DNA of 64,000 nt from Vicugna vicugna (lineage: Eukaryota): assembly GCA_013265495.1 (NCBI GenBank), contig MU058584.1, positions 7,096,407 to 7,160,406 of the forward strand, given 5' to 3'. The notes beneath the pieces are model-generated. The model did not search any database and was not told the DNA's origin. It saw nothing but the letters and a program-made list of their open reading frames with translations. The position numbers and the translations under genes were made by a program. Below are positions 22,576-34,951 of the stretch, one piece after another (positions within the stretch are counted from its first letter, which is position 1; each line of letters opens with the position of its first letter).

Positions 22576-23210
22576 GAAGGTAGAAACTCTTTGCTGCCCA
22601 TATCTCAGGGAATCATATTTTGAATATTTCAAAAACTCCCCATCCCATGCACGCCCTTCAGCGCTAGCATTAATTGTCAGTAATGTGAGTAGTCACTGTT
22701 TGTGAAAACCAGTCTTTGTCTTAAAAATCAGGCTTTCAGGGAACATCGTGGAGAGGGGCAATCATACTTTTCCTAAGTACCCAACATTTGGAAGAGATAC
22801 CTTTAGTAACCGACAGTGTGCCGGGGTGGTGCAAGATGTCCACTTGGCCTCAAGATAACAATATGAAGGGTCTACTGAAAAATGTCATTTTTCATGTGAG
22901 ATCAATTCTATGTGACAACCAAGTAGGTGAAATATACACACCCCTGATCTTCCCCCAGGGCAGCCCACTCCCCATCCCAAGGGTAAGGCGATAAGATAAA
23001 GAACTTGGCTAGGAAATGTTGACTTCCTGCCAGCTGCCCTGGAAAGAGCTGAAAGGGGGTTCTGTTCTTTTTCCTCTTCTCTGCCTCTGCTCGCAGGGAG
23101 GTGCCTTGTCCAACCCTCCCTCCTCTTAGTGGGCTGACCAACTCTGAACACAGAACCAGACACAGATAAGGACCACATGGGTACAGAAGAGAAGAAATTT
23201 AACTCCATAC

Positions 23211-23336
23211 CATGGCCTTCCTCTTCACTCCTGGGACGACCAGACGGACTCTCCTTCAAGATTCGTGAAGCAGGAACCTCAGTTAACTCTGACTTCAGTT
23301 CCTGGAAGTCCAAGTTCTCCAAATTCCATTTAGAAA
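23211..23336 (-). CDS. MYOC: MYOC exon 2 (126 nt, linker region)
   Basis: Acceptor tag|, (V)[41 protein letters not shown](G), donor |gtatgg; phase 1/1. Confidence 0.96.
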
Positions 23337-24329
23337 CTATATTAAAAGAAAGAGCGAAATCATACTGTGAGGGAAAAGGTCTAAGGATGGACTATGTTGA
23401 GGATGGGATTTAAATAGGCTTCCAAAAATATGCCAGTGTTTGAGATTTGTTTTAAGATAATAGTTGGGGTGGGGGAAGGGGAGGAGGAACAGGGACAATG
23501 AAACAAGACTGGGCTATGCTGACAACTGTCAGAGCTGGGTGAGAGGTACGTTGGGGTTTGTATTATTCTGTCTACTTTTGTGAATGTTTGAAAAATTCCG
23601 TAGTAAAAAGCTCACAAATAATATATTGCATAGCAGTGTGCTAGCACAGGGTAGCATATTCAAAATAAGCTTGTACACAGTGAAAATAATTTCCACCAGG
23701 AGCTCTGATTTATGAGTCAGTGAGGTGTGATGCAGGGACATTGGGAAGATCCTCAGCATCTTCTGGGATGCCTGAAATTCAACAACTGACAATTTCCTGC
23801 ATGACTTAATTTTTTTCGTTGTCATGACGCAAATGTTCCTGGAAGAAGTAACATATTAAGCTTTACATGCTCAACTGAAATATTGTGTCAGATCTCTTTC
23901 CAGGACGAGTTTTGAACAAGGAAGAAAATGTGCGTCTGATACAAGTTATTTCACTCTGTGAACGTAGCTAGGATGGTCATACCATTCAGTGATCTACTGA
24001 GAAAAAGATGTATATTGAGAAAAGCAGATACATACGCTTGCAAGTCAGTAAGAAGAAAGTTAAGAAAAATGCCCTCTTTAACCGCAGCGAATTTAAAAAA
24101 AGTGAGAAAAAGAAACCCAGATAGGCATTTCCCCAGGTGACTTCCTTGAAGATAGTTACGATACTGGCACTGAAATATTGAAAAACAGCTTCTTTGTGAA
24201 AAGAGATGATTAAGTATTTACACTCTTTCCATATTTCAAAGCAGTTTTATAGAAATCATTTATGTGATCTGGTGCCTTCACATGTTTTAGAGAAATAGAA
24301 ATAGGCTTTAGCACTGCAGTCTGCACCTA

Positions 24330-24545
24330 ATTTAATTACTGCCACCATGTATTAAGTTCCTCCTATAAGCCAGGTACTATGCTAGGCTCTTGCTATCATT
24401 ACCTCTATTCCACATAGTAGTCCTGAGGGGGAATGTTATGCTCATTTTGCAGAAGAGGCAACTGAGGCTCAGAGAGGTTAAGTAACTTGCCCAAGGCCAT
24501 ACAGCTGTTAAGTGGTAGGACTAGGACTTGAACCCAGGTCTGCCA
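24330..24545 (-). mobile_element. MIR SINE
   Basis: cattttgcagaagaggcaactgaggctcagagaggttaagtaacttgcccaaggccatacagct. Confidence 0.8.
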
Positions 24546-24588
24546 AGATTATGGCAGTTGTGAACCTTTCCACCCTGTGGTGGAGACG

Positions 24589-25231
24589 TGTATCAGTTAT
24601 AAACGTATTGCTTTTCAGTGCCGAACTGAACCCTTTCGTAGACGCTCTCTGAAAAGGCATTTCTCCTTTAGAGTGAGCACAATGTTAAGCTCTCTCAGTA
24701 GAGGGCGCTGGAGGGACACTGTGGGGGGGGGAAGGAGGCGGTCTCCTGCAATTTCCCTGCAGGGGCTGGGCTGGCAGCCCGCAGGTGAGGACATCTGGTG
24801 GAGTCTGGCCCCCATGCACAAGCCCAGGATGTGGTTCCTCTTTGACCTCGCAGCCTGGGCTCAGCCACAACCTTTCCACAGCCCTCTCGACATGGTACCC
24901 AGAGTCCCTCCACAGGGACCCCGGGCAATGCAGGCTCCTGCAGCCTGTCTCAGTCTCCACTCACTCCCTGCCTGCACTTGGAGGTGGTCATTCTGGCTGC
25001 AGCCTGGGCTAATCAGCCAGCATCTCTGTTATCTGATGGGCTGAACCCCACCCTCCTCAAGGAGGCCTGAACCCCTCCCAAGTCTGTCCTTCCTTGGTAC
25101 CTTCCCTCAGCCCCCCGGTGCCATGTGGAGTTTACTGTATCCCATAGTTGCTCTGTCGTCAGCGAATTCTTTATATTATACATCCCTGACTTAGCTTGCT
25201 TTCTGTTTCCTGGTTGAACCCAGACTGCTAC
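24589..25231 (+). mobile_element. LTR41-like ERVL solo LTR in MYOC intron 1
   Basis: Starts tgtatcagttat, carries cagtagagggcgctggagggacact, ends ttctgtttcctggttgaacccagactgcta; family assigned from memory. Confidence 0.6.
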
Positions 25232-27338
25232 CGCAGGCTGTAAAACAGCCTTGGAGATGTGCTCAGCCCTTTGTGGGGGGGCCCACTCCTGGAGCTGACT
25301 CAGTTGCCTCTGAGTGGCTCACACACACACACAGCTCCTACGTGGCGTCCCCATCAGAGGGGACACCCCCTCCCGTCAGAGCCATCCTCCCATCAGCTCT
25401 TCCTCCCCGACTGCGAAGAAGAGGAGGCACAGGTTCCTGGATGGTGCCGAGTTCCTTTCCCGGTCCCACCAAGGCCCTCTGACCAAGGGGTCCTTCTCTC
25501 TCCCCCACCCTAAACCCCTTTAATCCCTCTTTGCAGAAGCCACACCTCATGTGCTTTCTTTGGAGTAAACAAGAGCCACAATAAAACATAATGCCGGGAA
25601 ATGGCTTCCAGAATGACTGCAAGGCCAGTGCTCAGTTGGCAGGTGGGATGGTTGGATTACAAGCCTGCTGGCTGCTTCTTGGCTATGTCAGCCAGGAACA
25701 CCCGCCAAGGGTCAGACTCCCAGAGTAGGGCCGTCTGTCACGAGAACCGAAGCCTGTGGGAGAGGATGCAAGAACCAAAGGCAGGGAGGTCTTTGCAGGA
25801 AGGGGCCCGGACTGGGCCAGAAATAGTAGCTTCCTAGTTCAGTCCTGTCATGTACCAGCTGTGTGACTTTGGGCAAGTTACTCAACCTCTCTGAGCCTCA
25901 GAATTCTTGGCTCAAACTATAAAGAAAACCTCAGTAAAAATGTATTAAAACTAAAATTTCTCTGGAATGTTTCAAAATCACTCAAATTTCACTCTGACTG
26001 TGGGAGGAAAAACAAAGATTATAAAAAGATTTAGGCCCATATTGTATCAGACAGTTAAAAAATTTTAGGACTTTTATTTGTTTCTATTAAAATTCTGTCC
26101 TTCTGTGGCTAAAAAGTTCATGCCTATCACAAATTTCTGAAAGTATTTTCTGCAGGCTCTGTCCTACCTCCCTTACCTTTGCTTTATAGACACCTAGTGA
26201 GCTTAACCTAGGAACTGAATTTATTAACTCGCTTGCATATCATATACATATATGTCTATATGTATATACAAATACGCAATATATGTATAATGTATATAGG
26301 CTAGCATGACATATATATGCAAATGACATTGTAATGACTTTTGTAGTTATTTTCTATCACTGCCCGAAAAGTTAGGTCAGTATTATGTAAATGAACAGGA
26401 TGAAGGAAAACAAGGGTGCCCACATAATCACCGGTTGTCATGAACACTCTAGGAAAGTGAAGACTCGCAGACAACTGTCCTGGGTGCTGCCTGTCCCAAC
26501 ACGGGCCATCTCTAGAATCAGTGCCTGTTACAGAAACGTGTGTACATGTTGATGTTTTGATCATTTTTAAACAATAGTGGAACTCGAGCAAAAGAAGCCC
26601 TTTGTAGCTCTAATCCATCCACTGGGTGCTCACGCCGAGCCAGGCGCCCGCCGTGCTGGGCGCTTCGCCATGTCACCTCCTGTTGGGGGCATGATTCTCC
26701 CCGTCCTGTAGGTGAGGAAATGAAATCTGCAGTGTTGTGCTGAGCAATCTGGTGCCCCTGCTGAGTATCTTGCCCGCCTTTTTCCAGCCATTGTTGTGGT
26801 AATCTGCCTTGCACAGGTGTCACCTGCTGGGACCTCACCTCACCTGCCCTGCCCCAGCTTCTCTGCAAGACCCAGCCTGGTGCCTAGACCTGTGCATCAC
26901 GGAGGTGCGTTACACCCCATGGGTGACCCTTGGCCAGTGGAGTATGGGATGCAGGGATAAATGCTCCCCTCCTCTGCTGCATTCTGCACAGCTCCTCCTT
27001 TGCCAACCACCGTGGGGACCAACTGGTGAAGGCCCCTCACCCCACTCCTTGTTGGTTCTTCCTTCCTTCCCTGTCCCACCCCGTTCTCTTCCCTGGGCTG
27101 GTGGCCCATATAAACACTGCACACAAGCCCTCAGCTCAGGCTCTGTTCTCTGGAAGGACCAGTTCAAAGTAGAGAAGAAATAAAGGGGAAAGTGGGGCTT
27201 CTCTTGTGACACTATCACCAACTCTAATTTAGCTTTGGGTAATCTACATTTTCTACTTTGGGCTGATTTAAAAGATTTCCAGACATTTCACTTCAAAACT
27301 ATTACTACAAAATTTTATTTGGGTGTATTATCTCGACT

Positions 27339-27339
<1 letters not shown>

Positions 27340-27373
<34 letters not shown>
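27340..27373. repeat. (CA)n microsatellite
   Basis: Visible CA dinucleotide run. Confidence 0.95.
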
Positions 27374-27376
<3 letters not shown>

Positions 27377-28599
27377 TAGACAAGTGATTTCCATGAATCT
27401 AAGGAGAATTTTTTTCTATATAACAATTACACTATAAAGAAAGTGGTGATGACACTTTGAGTTATAGGTGGAGTAAGAAAAAGGCCACCTTCTCAAGCCT
27501 TTCCCCTGCTCACTCGGCCTCACTAAGCCCTCACACCCCCACCCCTACCCCTCAGTTATTGCCTTCCCTACATGAAGCACAGCCACACCTAATCCCAGCC
27601 GCCCCCAACACCCCTTTACCCCTCAAATCTAGAATCTCAAAGCTCACCTTTTGTTCCAAGCACTTCTTTCTTTGACGTTTAAATGTAGCTTTTCAGTCTT
27701 TCATCTTTAGTTTCTCTAAACTAAAGGTCACTTCAGGGTCCTGAAGAGCCACTGAACCTCACGGAGAGGGGCCTGAATTCTAGTCCCAGCTGGGCCGCCA
27801 GTGGGCTGGGTGACCACAGACCGCTGAGTGACCTCTCTGGGCTCCAGTTCCCACATCTGCACAAATGAGCTGCAGGTGTCAGATGCTCCCTAGGCCCCCT
27901 TCCCAGCTCTGCATTCTTGTACTAATATAATTTCCTGCTGACCAAAAAACCCACTGCTAGAAAAGAGATTCCAAGTCTGGAGTTCACTATAATGGGTTGT
28001 TGTCTTTATTTCGAAAGCAGAGCGGCTGGAAAGGACAAAAAGAAATGTAAAATCGGAGAAGACATCGAATGAATTTCCAAAGACTTGTTAAACGACCACA
28101 GACAATAACTCCCCTCCACACGTGTGCGCGCGCCCACACCCACACGCACGGATAGGTTTTGTTCATCCAGTCAACAGTCTGAAACATGTAACAGCTCACA
28201 GCACTTCTGCTAATGATGATTCTTTCATTTGTGTTCAAAGCCTTACTTTCAACAAGTCTCAGCTCCACCTCGGAGCAGCTGTCCGACCTGGGGCTCCTCC
28301 CTTGGCATCCTGGGCCCTTACTTTCCTTTGTTGTAAAATTTAGAATTGGATCTCTTCCAACTCTAGCAACATAGGATTTTTCAAAAATCTTTTATACCTT
28401 CGAGTGATTTCATTGGAACCCTGTGGAAAACATTATTCACAGGAGGAGTGTTCACGGCCGTGTTATGAATGAGAAAGGAAGGCGCAGAGGCTGAGTGACT
28501 TGCCCGAGGTCACACCAGGCACCAACTCCTGGGTTTTCTGACCTCACACCTGTGCAGGTCGTGCCTTTCACATAGAAAACATTTTTAGAAAATGGTTTC

Positions 28600-29150
28600 C
28601 CATCATTTTATTTTGAAGATTTTCAAAGCTTTAGAAAAGTGGAAGAAATAATACAGCCAACGCCCCATGGGCTGTGCACTTATTTTCACCAACTATTAAT
28701 ATTTTGTCACACGTATTGTTTTTCTTTCTCATTCTTTACATTATTGTCCCTGTCGAACCATTTGAAAGTAAACTACAGACATTCTGCTGCCTCACCCTTA
28801 AGTACCTGAGTCTAGAACTCCTTAGAACACGGATATGCTTCCGAACCACGATACCAGATCTCACCCAAGACGCTGAACATTAACTCAGTAACACAATTGG
28901 ATAAATTATATCCACATTTCTTCAAGGATCCTGAAACCATCTCTTGTAGCTTTGTCTCCCTGGATGCAGGAATCACTCCAAGGTCATGCACTGCATTTGG
29001 TCACCACATTGGTTCAATCCCCTTTAATCTAAAGCCCCCCAACTCTGGCCTCCCCTTTTTTTCTTTCTTGATGTCCAAATCTTTGAAGACTCCAGACTAA
29101 TTGTCCCACAACTGGATTTGCTGCTAGTTCCTCCATTGTTGGAAAACTTA
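28600..29150 (-). mobile_element. Old L1 (L1ME-like) 3' fragment
   Basis: ttttattttgaagattttcaaa...aaccatttgaaagtaaactacagacat...gcatttggtcaccac. Confidence 0.55.
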
Positions 29151-29884
29151 TTAAACAGAGAATGCTGGGGAGCACAGTTTCACAAAAAGTGACACAAAAA
29201 ACAACTATTAGGAAGACTGTGCCCCCTCCCCCAGTGCACAGGCAGGGACTCACCTTTGGCAGGGGCCAGGATAAATGGAGCAGCATCTGAGGCAGCAAAA
29301 GTCACCTCAAAGAGTGGTCCAGTGACTTAAAAGCAGAGACTCTCAGATGGGACCAAAATCAGGAAAATTTCCCAAACAACATATTGAGGGAACCCACAAA
29401 GGCTTGCTGCCTCTTTATTTTGCCAAGAAAGGACAATAAAATAAAAAAAAAAAGCCCTACCACCTATCATTATTCCATAAATCTGTTGTCAGTTCATAAA
29501 TAGAAGTCATTTTAACCACGAAAGGGAAGAATCCACAATCTCCAAATGATCCACAAAAGGACAGCTTTCTGAAGGGGGGAGTTGGCCACTTCGTACTGAT
29601 CATATATATATACGCACCTCGCCTGGGCCTTGCGTTTCTCATTGCACCATGGGCCGCGCTGACTGTCACCAGTAGGCTCGAGAACCTGGAACCACTCACC
29701 TCAGGAGAACCACCAGGAGCTACATTAGTAGCAACATGTGAAAGTGATTGCTTTGCCCTCCTTAATTTGTCTGCCTCGTGCTAGATGTGTGGTCCCTGGG
29801 AGAAAGGAGGGGACAAGAGGGACAGGCCTGGGCCACATTTAACAGGTCACCATGAGCCATGTCGCTGTCACCCCACATCCTTAC

Positions 29885-30446
29885 CTTCCCTGGAGCCTGG
29901 CGGCACGTCCTGAGAAATGCTGCGGGCCTTGGGGCACTGGTCCCTTCTCAGTCTTGTGACCTCCTGGTTGCTGCTTTCCAACCTCCTGGCCAGATCCTCA
30001 TTCTCCGCCTCCAGTCGCCTCTTCTCCGCCTCCAGAGCTGACTTGTCACGGACGAGGTTGCTGTAGGCTGTCTCCAGCTCCCTGGTTTGGGTCTCCAGCT
30101 GTTCTCGCTCCGTCCTCAGGGTGTCCAGCTCCCTCTGCAGCCCCTCCTGGGTCTCCACGGGCCTGGCAGCCTGACCTGAGGTCAGCCGGTGCAGGAGGGC
30201 CTCCAGGGAGCTGAGCCGGGCTTTGGTGGACTCCAGGTCTGCACGCTGTTTACTGCTGTCTCTCTGCAGGTCCTGGATGGCTGACATGGCCTGGCCCTGC
30301 TCGGGGCAGCTGGACTCACTAGGGCTGGCCACACTGAAGGTATATTGGCAGCTGCCACTCTGGTCGTTGGCCTTCCAGAACTGGGCTGTCCTGGCCCCCA
30401 CGCCCCACACCAGACAGGCCAGCAGCAGCAGCTGGACAGCTGGCAT
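29885..30446 (-). CDS. MYOC: MYOC exon 1 (signal peptide, coiled coil/leucine zipper)
   Basis: [22 protein letters not shown]...[18 protein letters not shown], donor G|gtaagg; 562+126+785 = 1473 nt = 490 aa + stop. Confidence 0.98.
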
Positions 30447-30583
30447 CTTGGGCCTGCGGCGGCAGCAGTGGGCACAGGAGCCCTCAGTGCAGAGGCTGGG
30501 CGAGGCTTTCTCTGGAACTCTCCCTATGCTGCGAGGTGTCTGGATGGGTGGCCCTGCTGGTTCCTGCCCCAGCTCCAGAGAGG

Positions 30584-30616
30584 TTTATTTATTCTGGGAG
30601 CCAGCCCTGCAACGTG
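30584..30616 (-). promoter_or_regulatory. MYOC core promoter: TATA-like TAAATAAA and E-box-like CACGTT
   Basis: - strand reads cctCACGTTgcagggctggctcccagaaTAAATAAAcctctctgg, ~140-170 nt upstream of the ATG. Confidence 0.65.
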
Positions 30617-31114
30617 AGGCCGGGTGGGGCCCTGCATGGTGGGTGGGTGGGGTTCACACTGCCAGCAAGATCCTCAGAAAATGACCTTCCAGAAGTCTGT
30701 TTTGAATTTCTTTGGAAAACGAATGTCCCACTTTACCCACCCCGCAGCCCCGTAACAGTCCCTAAATATCCCCACCCTGTTTTCACACATACGCTCATAC
30801 CCACCTCATCCAGTGTGACTCCCTGGGTGCTGAAATCATAAAGATTTATTTCTAGTTTGTATTTCCGTGTACTCTGCAAACCTTATTGAGACCTTGCCCT
30901 GTATCAGACACTGTGCTAGGAAACGAGAATGTGGACATGCCTAAGACACGGTCCCTTGTCCCTCCAGCAGTGACAGAGATGAGTAACATCCAGCCAGAAA
31001 ACAAGGGCAGCACGCCACCAGCTTCGGGGAGCAGCTGTCCGATGGGAGCAGCTGGGAGAATTCTTGCACTGCCCCTTGCTTTAAAATAAGTGTGGGTGTA
31101 TGCCTCGGAGAACT

Positions 31115-31262
31115 TTCTTCTTCTTCTTCTTTTAAAAATTTTTTCCTTGAGGGAGGTAATTAGGTTTGTTTATTTATTTACTTGATGGAGGTACTGGGGA
31201 TTGAACCCAGGACCTCGTGCATGCTAAGCATGTGCTCTACCATTTGAACTATACCCTCCCCC
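31115..31262 (-). mobile_element. tRNA-derived SINE (vic-1 type)
   Basis: gatggaggtactggggattgaacccaggacctcgtgcatgctaagcatgtgctctacc. Confidence 0.88.
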
Positions 31263-33720
31263 AGTTCTTCTTTGTTTTTTTTTAATTTTGGGGAGAACTT
31301 TCCAATTCCAGTCTTGCACCCCTAGCACCAGCATGAAGGCTGGCCCCCAGACTAGTTCTTACCGTGTGTATGTGCGTGCGTGCAAGCAAATGCCTTAAAA
31401 CTCACTGATGAAATCCGTGGAACCCTTCAGAGGAAGATGTTTTTAAATGTATAAATTATATAGGATTGCAAAAGAAGCACATGATATTGAAATACTACAA
31501 AAAATTCTTGAATTTGAAATATAGATGTCCTTTATGAACATATTAAAAACAAGTTCTTGTGCGGGGAGGGTCTAATTTCAAAGCAATTTTGAGTGCAAAT
31601 ACTATTGCTTGGTATTTGCAACAACTGCGCTAAAATGTCAAATGTCTGTGATCTCTAATGGTGGTGACAAAGTCACAGGTACTAACACAGCTTTGGATTT
31701 ATCACTAGATCCATAATGGAATGAAATGTTAAACTGAAATTTCAGTTAGAAGGTGCTGAAAATAAAAACCTGATTTTTTTTTCCCCATCCCAAATCATGG
31801 GCTTTCTGGACCCTAGGTCAATAATCCCTGCTTTTTATTGATAAACCTAAAAAGAAAACAGAAAAAAAAAATGGAAAAACCACCAAATATGCCAAGAAGA
31901 GGTTCACACAAATCAGAAAATGTGCAGGAGCTTCCTCAGTAACTTTTAAAATAATATCTGCATTTGAACAACTGATATTGCCTGATACCAATAACATCTT
32001 TAATATTTGTGAAATAAATATTTCAAATGTGCCCTGGCAGACTCTCCTCAAGACTGGGAAAATTCCTTTTGCTCTAAAGATTTTATTCTCATTTGATTGG
32101 TTCTAAAGTTAGGCTTGAACTTGAGACACACTTAACCAGTGAGCGTCTGTTGACCGCTGACTAAGGGGTTACTAATCTCAGTTCCTGAATCAGATAATAA
32201 ACGTTACCGAAATGATTTTTTTTTAATATCTTACAGTCCGCAAGAACTGATTCAAATCTGTTCGGCTTTACTCTTAGGAGTGTTTTCTTTCTGTTGAAAG
32301 GACTAAGATCATTCCTGGGCTGCCAACTCCATGGAGGAAAAGAATTCTGGATAAAGAGAAACGTAAATAATTTTACTGCCTTCAATTTGCTGAGGATTAC
32401 TCTGCTCTTAAAGGAGGAACCTAGGACTGAAAGTCAGGTCTTCTGCCTTGCCTGGAACTGACTGACTTTCTGAGATCCAGCACTGCTTCGGCTAGTTCAG
32501 AAGCATGCGATCTGTATTCCTGGGGCTGTTCCAGTCAGTCCTCACTGCCCTTTCATAAATCTTTGTATTTTTCACCCACGCTTTATCCCTCTCTTTTGCT
32601 TTATCTCCGCTAAGCTGCAGGCCAGTCACTGTTGAGCTGTGTGGGTGCCAGTCAGGGGTGAAGAGTTTAACAATCCCTGGCATTTTCACTTGGTCCAACC
32701 CAGTTTTTGAATGCCAGTCAAAGGCAATCATTCTCAGTGTTCTTTATGGTGCCTAGCAAATGCCATTGTACGTGCTTAGGGAAAGAAATGTGGTTGTTGG
32801 GTTCACTGAACTTTTCTCAATCACTGTGGTTCCCCGTCGTGTCTTCCCCCTGGAGCCTGATGTGCTAAGGACTGATTAAACCCCCATATTCTGCCTTCCT
32901 CTAGCGACCAGCCATCACCACCCCCACCACATCTCAGTGCTTGAGCTCTGCCTGCTGCCTGCTCTCAGCAGCTCCGTCTCAAAGCCTTCATGGAACTCTC
33001 GAGCCACACGGGCACTTACAGATGAGAGGGACTTGCCCAGGGTCACACAGCTAATGAGTGGCAGAACCAGAAAGGAAACTGAGATCTCCTGATTCCAAGG
33101 TTTTCCGCCTTCTTGCATAAGCCAAGTTCACCCAAGTGCCCACTAATTGCCCAGAAGACATGAAAAGACTCCAGTCACTTCTTCCAGGAATCAACGCTCT
33201 ATGAAATGAGCTAGCTTCCTTCATTCCCATTAAATAAAGAAAAGTCTTCAGTGAAGGCAACCGATGCATACCCTTGAGTTTTCACAGCTGATTTTTACAA
33301 AACTTCATCCTTTCATGACATAGAATTATTTTCCTAAAAGCAGAGAAAAGGGCTCACTGGAAATCACAGGACACTCCCTGCCCAGTGAAGAGCAATAAAC
33401 ATCTAGTCAGCTTCCTCCCACCCTTTTCACCCTTCTGCCTTTCACCCTCCGCGCCAGATACCACACTCCCTGCGGTCCCCACCGCCTGGAATTCTGGACG
33501 TGGAGACCCCTCTTCCTCTGAGGAAACTCTGTCCACTCCAGATTCGCTGTTAGTCTGTGTATTCCAGTTCCATTTCCTTTCTGGAGCCTGGAGCCGGGGA
33601 GTCTCCAGCTCGGATTCTCCCCACAGCCAGTAAGACCCTCCGGGCGTGAGTCCTTGCCAAGCACAGAGCTAGGCTTGTGGAGGGAGCAGGCAGGAAGGTG
33701 CCGGCTTAGGGCCCGCCGTG

Positions 33721-33747
33721 CAAGATGGCGGCAGCAGGGGGCGCTAG
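33721..33747 (+). promoter_or_regulatory. Overlapping YY1 (CAAGATGGCGGC) and CTCF (CGGCAGCAGGGGGCGCTA) motifs
   Basis: Close matches to both consensus motifs in a small CpG-rich patch. Confidence 0.6.
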
Positions 33748-34424
33748 AGAGCGGCATTCTTAAGGCGTATCCGTTACTCAGTTCAATTCAAGGTTGAGTT
33801 TATCTCCATCCTTTGAGCCTGGGTTTTTTGTTTGTTTGTTTGTTTGTTTCTTTGTTTTTGAGCCTGGGGATTAAGCTGGTTGGCTACTGATTTTCTTCTG
33901 CAGTCTTTCCAGGAGAAACTGGAACCTTCATGAGGGTAGGGCTGGGACTGCTTTGCTCACCATTTTGTCCCCAGTGTCTGGCAGATAGAAGTGCTCAATA
34001 AATTTTCATTAGACACATGGATGAGTACACAATTCAAGCAGAAATAGGAAACGAAAGCAACCCCAGGAAAGAGAAGCTTCTAGGCTAGCTGCTTCTAGGC
34101 TGCTCGGGACACTGGGAGCCACCCTGGTGTCAGCCAGCAGGGCTCTCCCAGCTGGGGAGGAAGCCTTTGCGGGGGGGCACAACCCCCTAACCCCAAACAC
34201 CCACACGTAGCTTCGAATGGGGCTGTTTTATGTATACCCGTATTTCATGAGGAATAAGGAGGCTTACTGCAAAGCACGGTGAGTTAAAATGATAACTTGC
34301 TGGCATGAAAGTGAGGAGCAGGGGAGGGGCTGGTGAGAAGAAGCAGGCTTAGCTGGGGAGCCCAAGGCACCAGTCTTCCACCCCGCAGCTTTCATCTGCT
34401 TCCCTGATGTTTCGTCGTTGAAAC

Positions 34425-34951
34425 TGTTACCCCGAAAGGGGAAGGGGAAAGACCCCGGTTCTTGTCATACCCAAAAGACAAGATTTCAGACGGGAGATGG
34501 CGCACTGTGTAGAGAAAGACTTCAAAGGATTTCCTTAGGAAGGACGGGAGGGGGGCTGATCCAAGGAAGGAACAGCAGCGGTCTTTGTCCCTCCTCTTAT
34601 ACCCTCGCTTAGAGGCGGTCTCTTGACTGATTGATGGTTCTTGCTCCTGGAATCTTAGTCATGTTTGTCCCCTTTGCGCATGTCCTTACTCATGGTGTAT
34701 ACAGAAAAACCCATGGGGGGCCTAAACCGCAATGTTAATTATATTACGATGAGCATTGGGTCATCTCCGGTTAGGTCCTTCTCAGTACCGCGCAATTGTG
34801 GCTGTTGGGTTCTAACCGGTTTCTTGCTGGCGCTCATTTAGGAGAAATAAAGCCCCTTCATGCTGCAGGCAGGCACCACGCCATCTTCTGGGCCATCCTC
34901 CCTCTCCTCCACCTACCTGCCCGATGCTCCCACTTACCTAACTACCTAATG
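34425..34951 (-). mobile_element. ERV1-type solo LTR
   Basis: tgttacc...ccggttcttgtc...taattatattacgatgagc...ctaa; near-TSD aaac/aaat; orientation by analogy to MER51-like LTRs. Confidence 0.65.
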
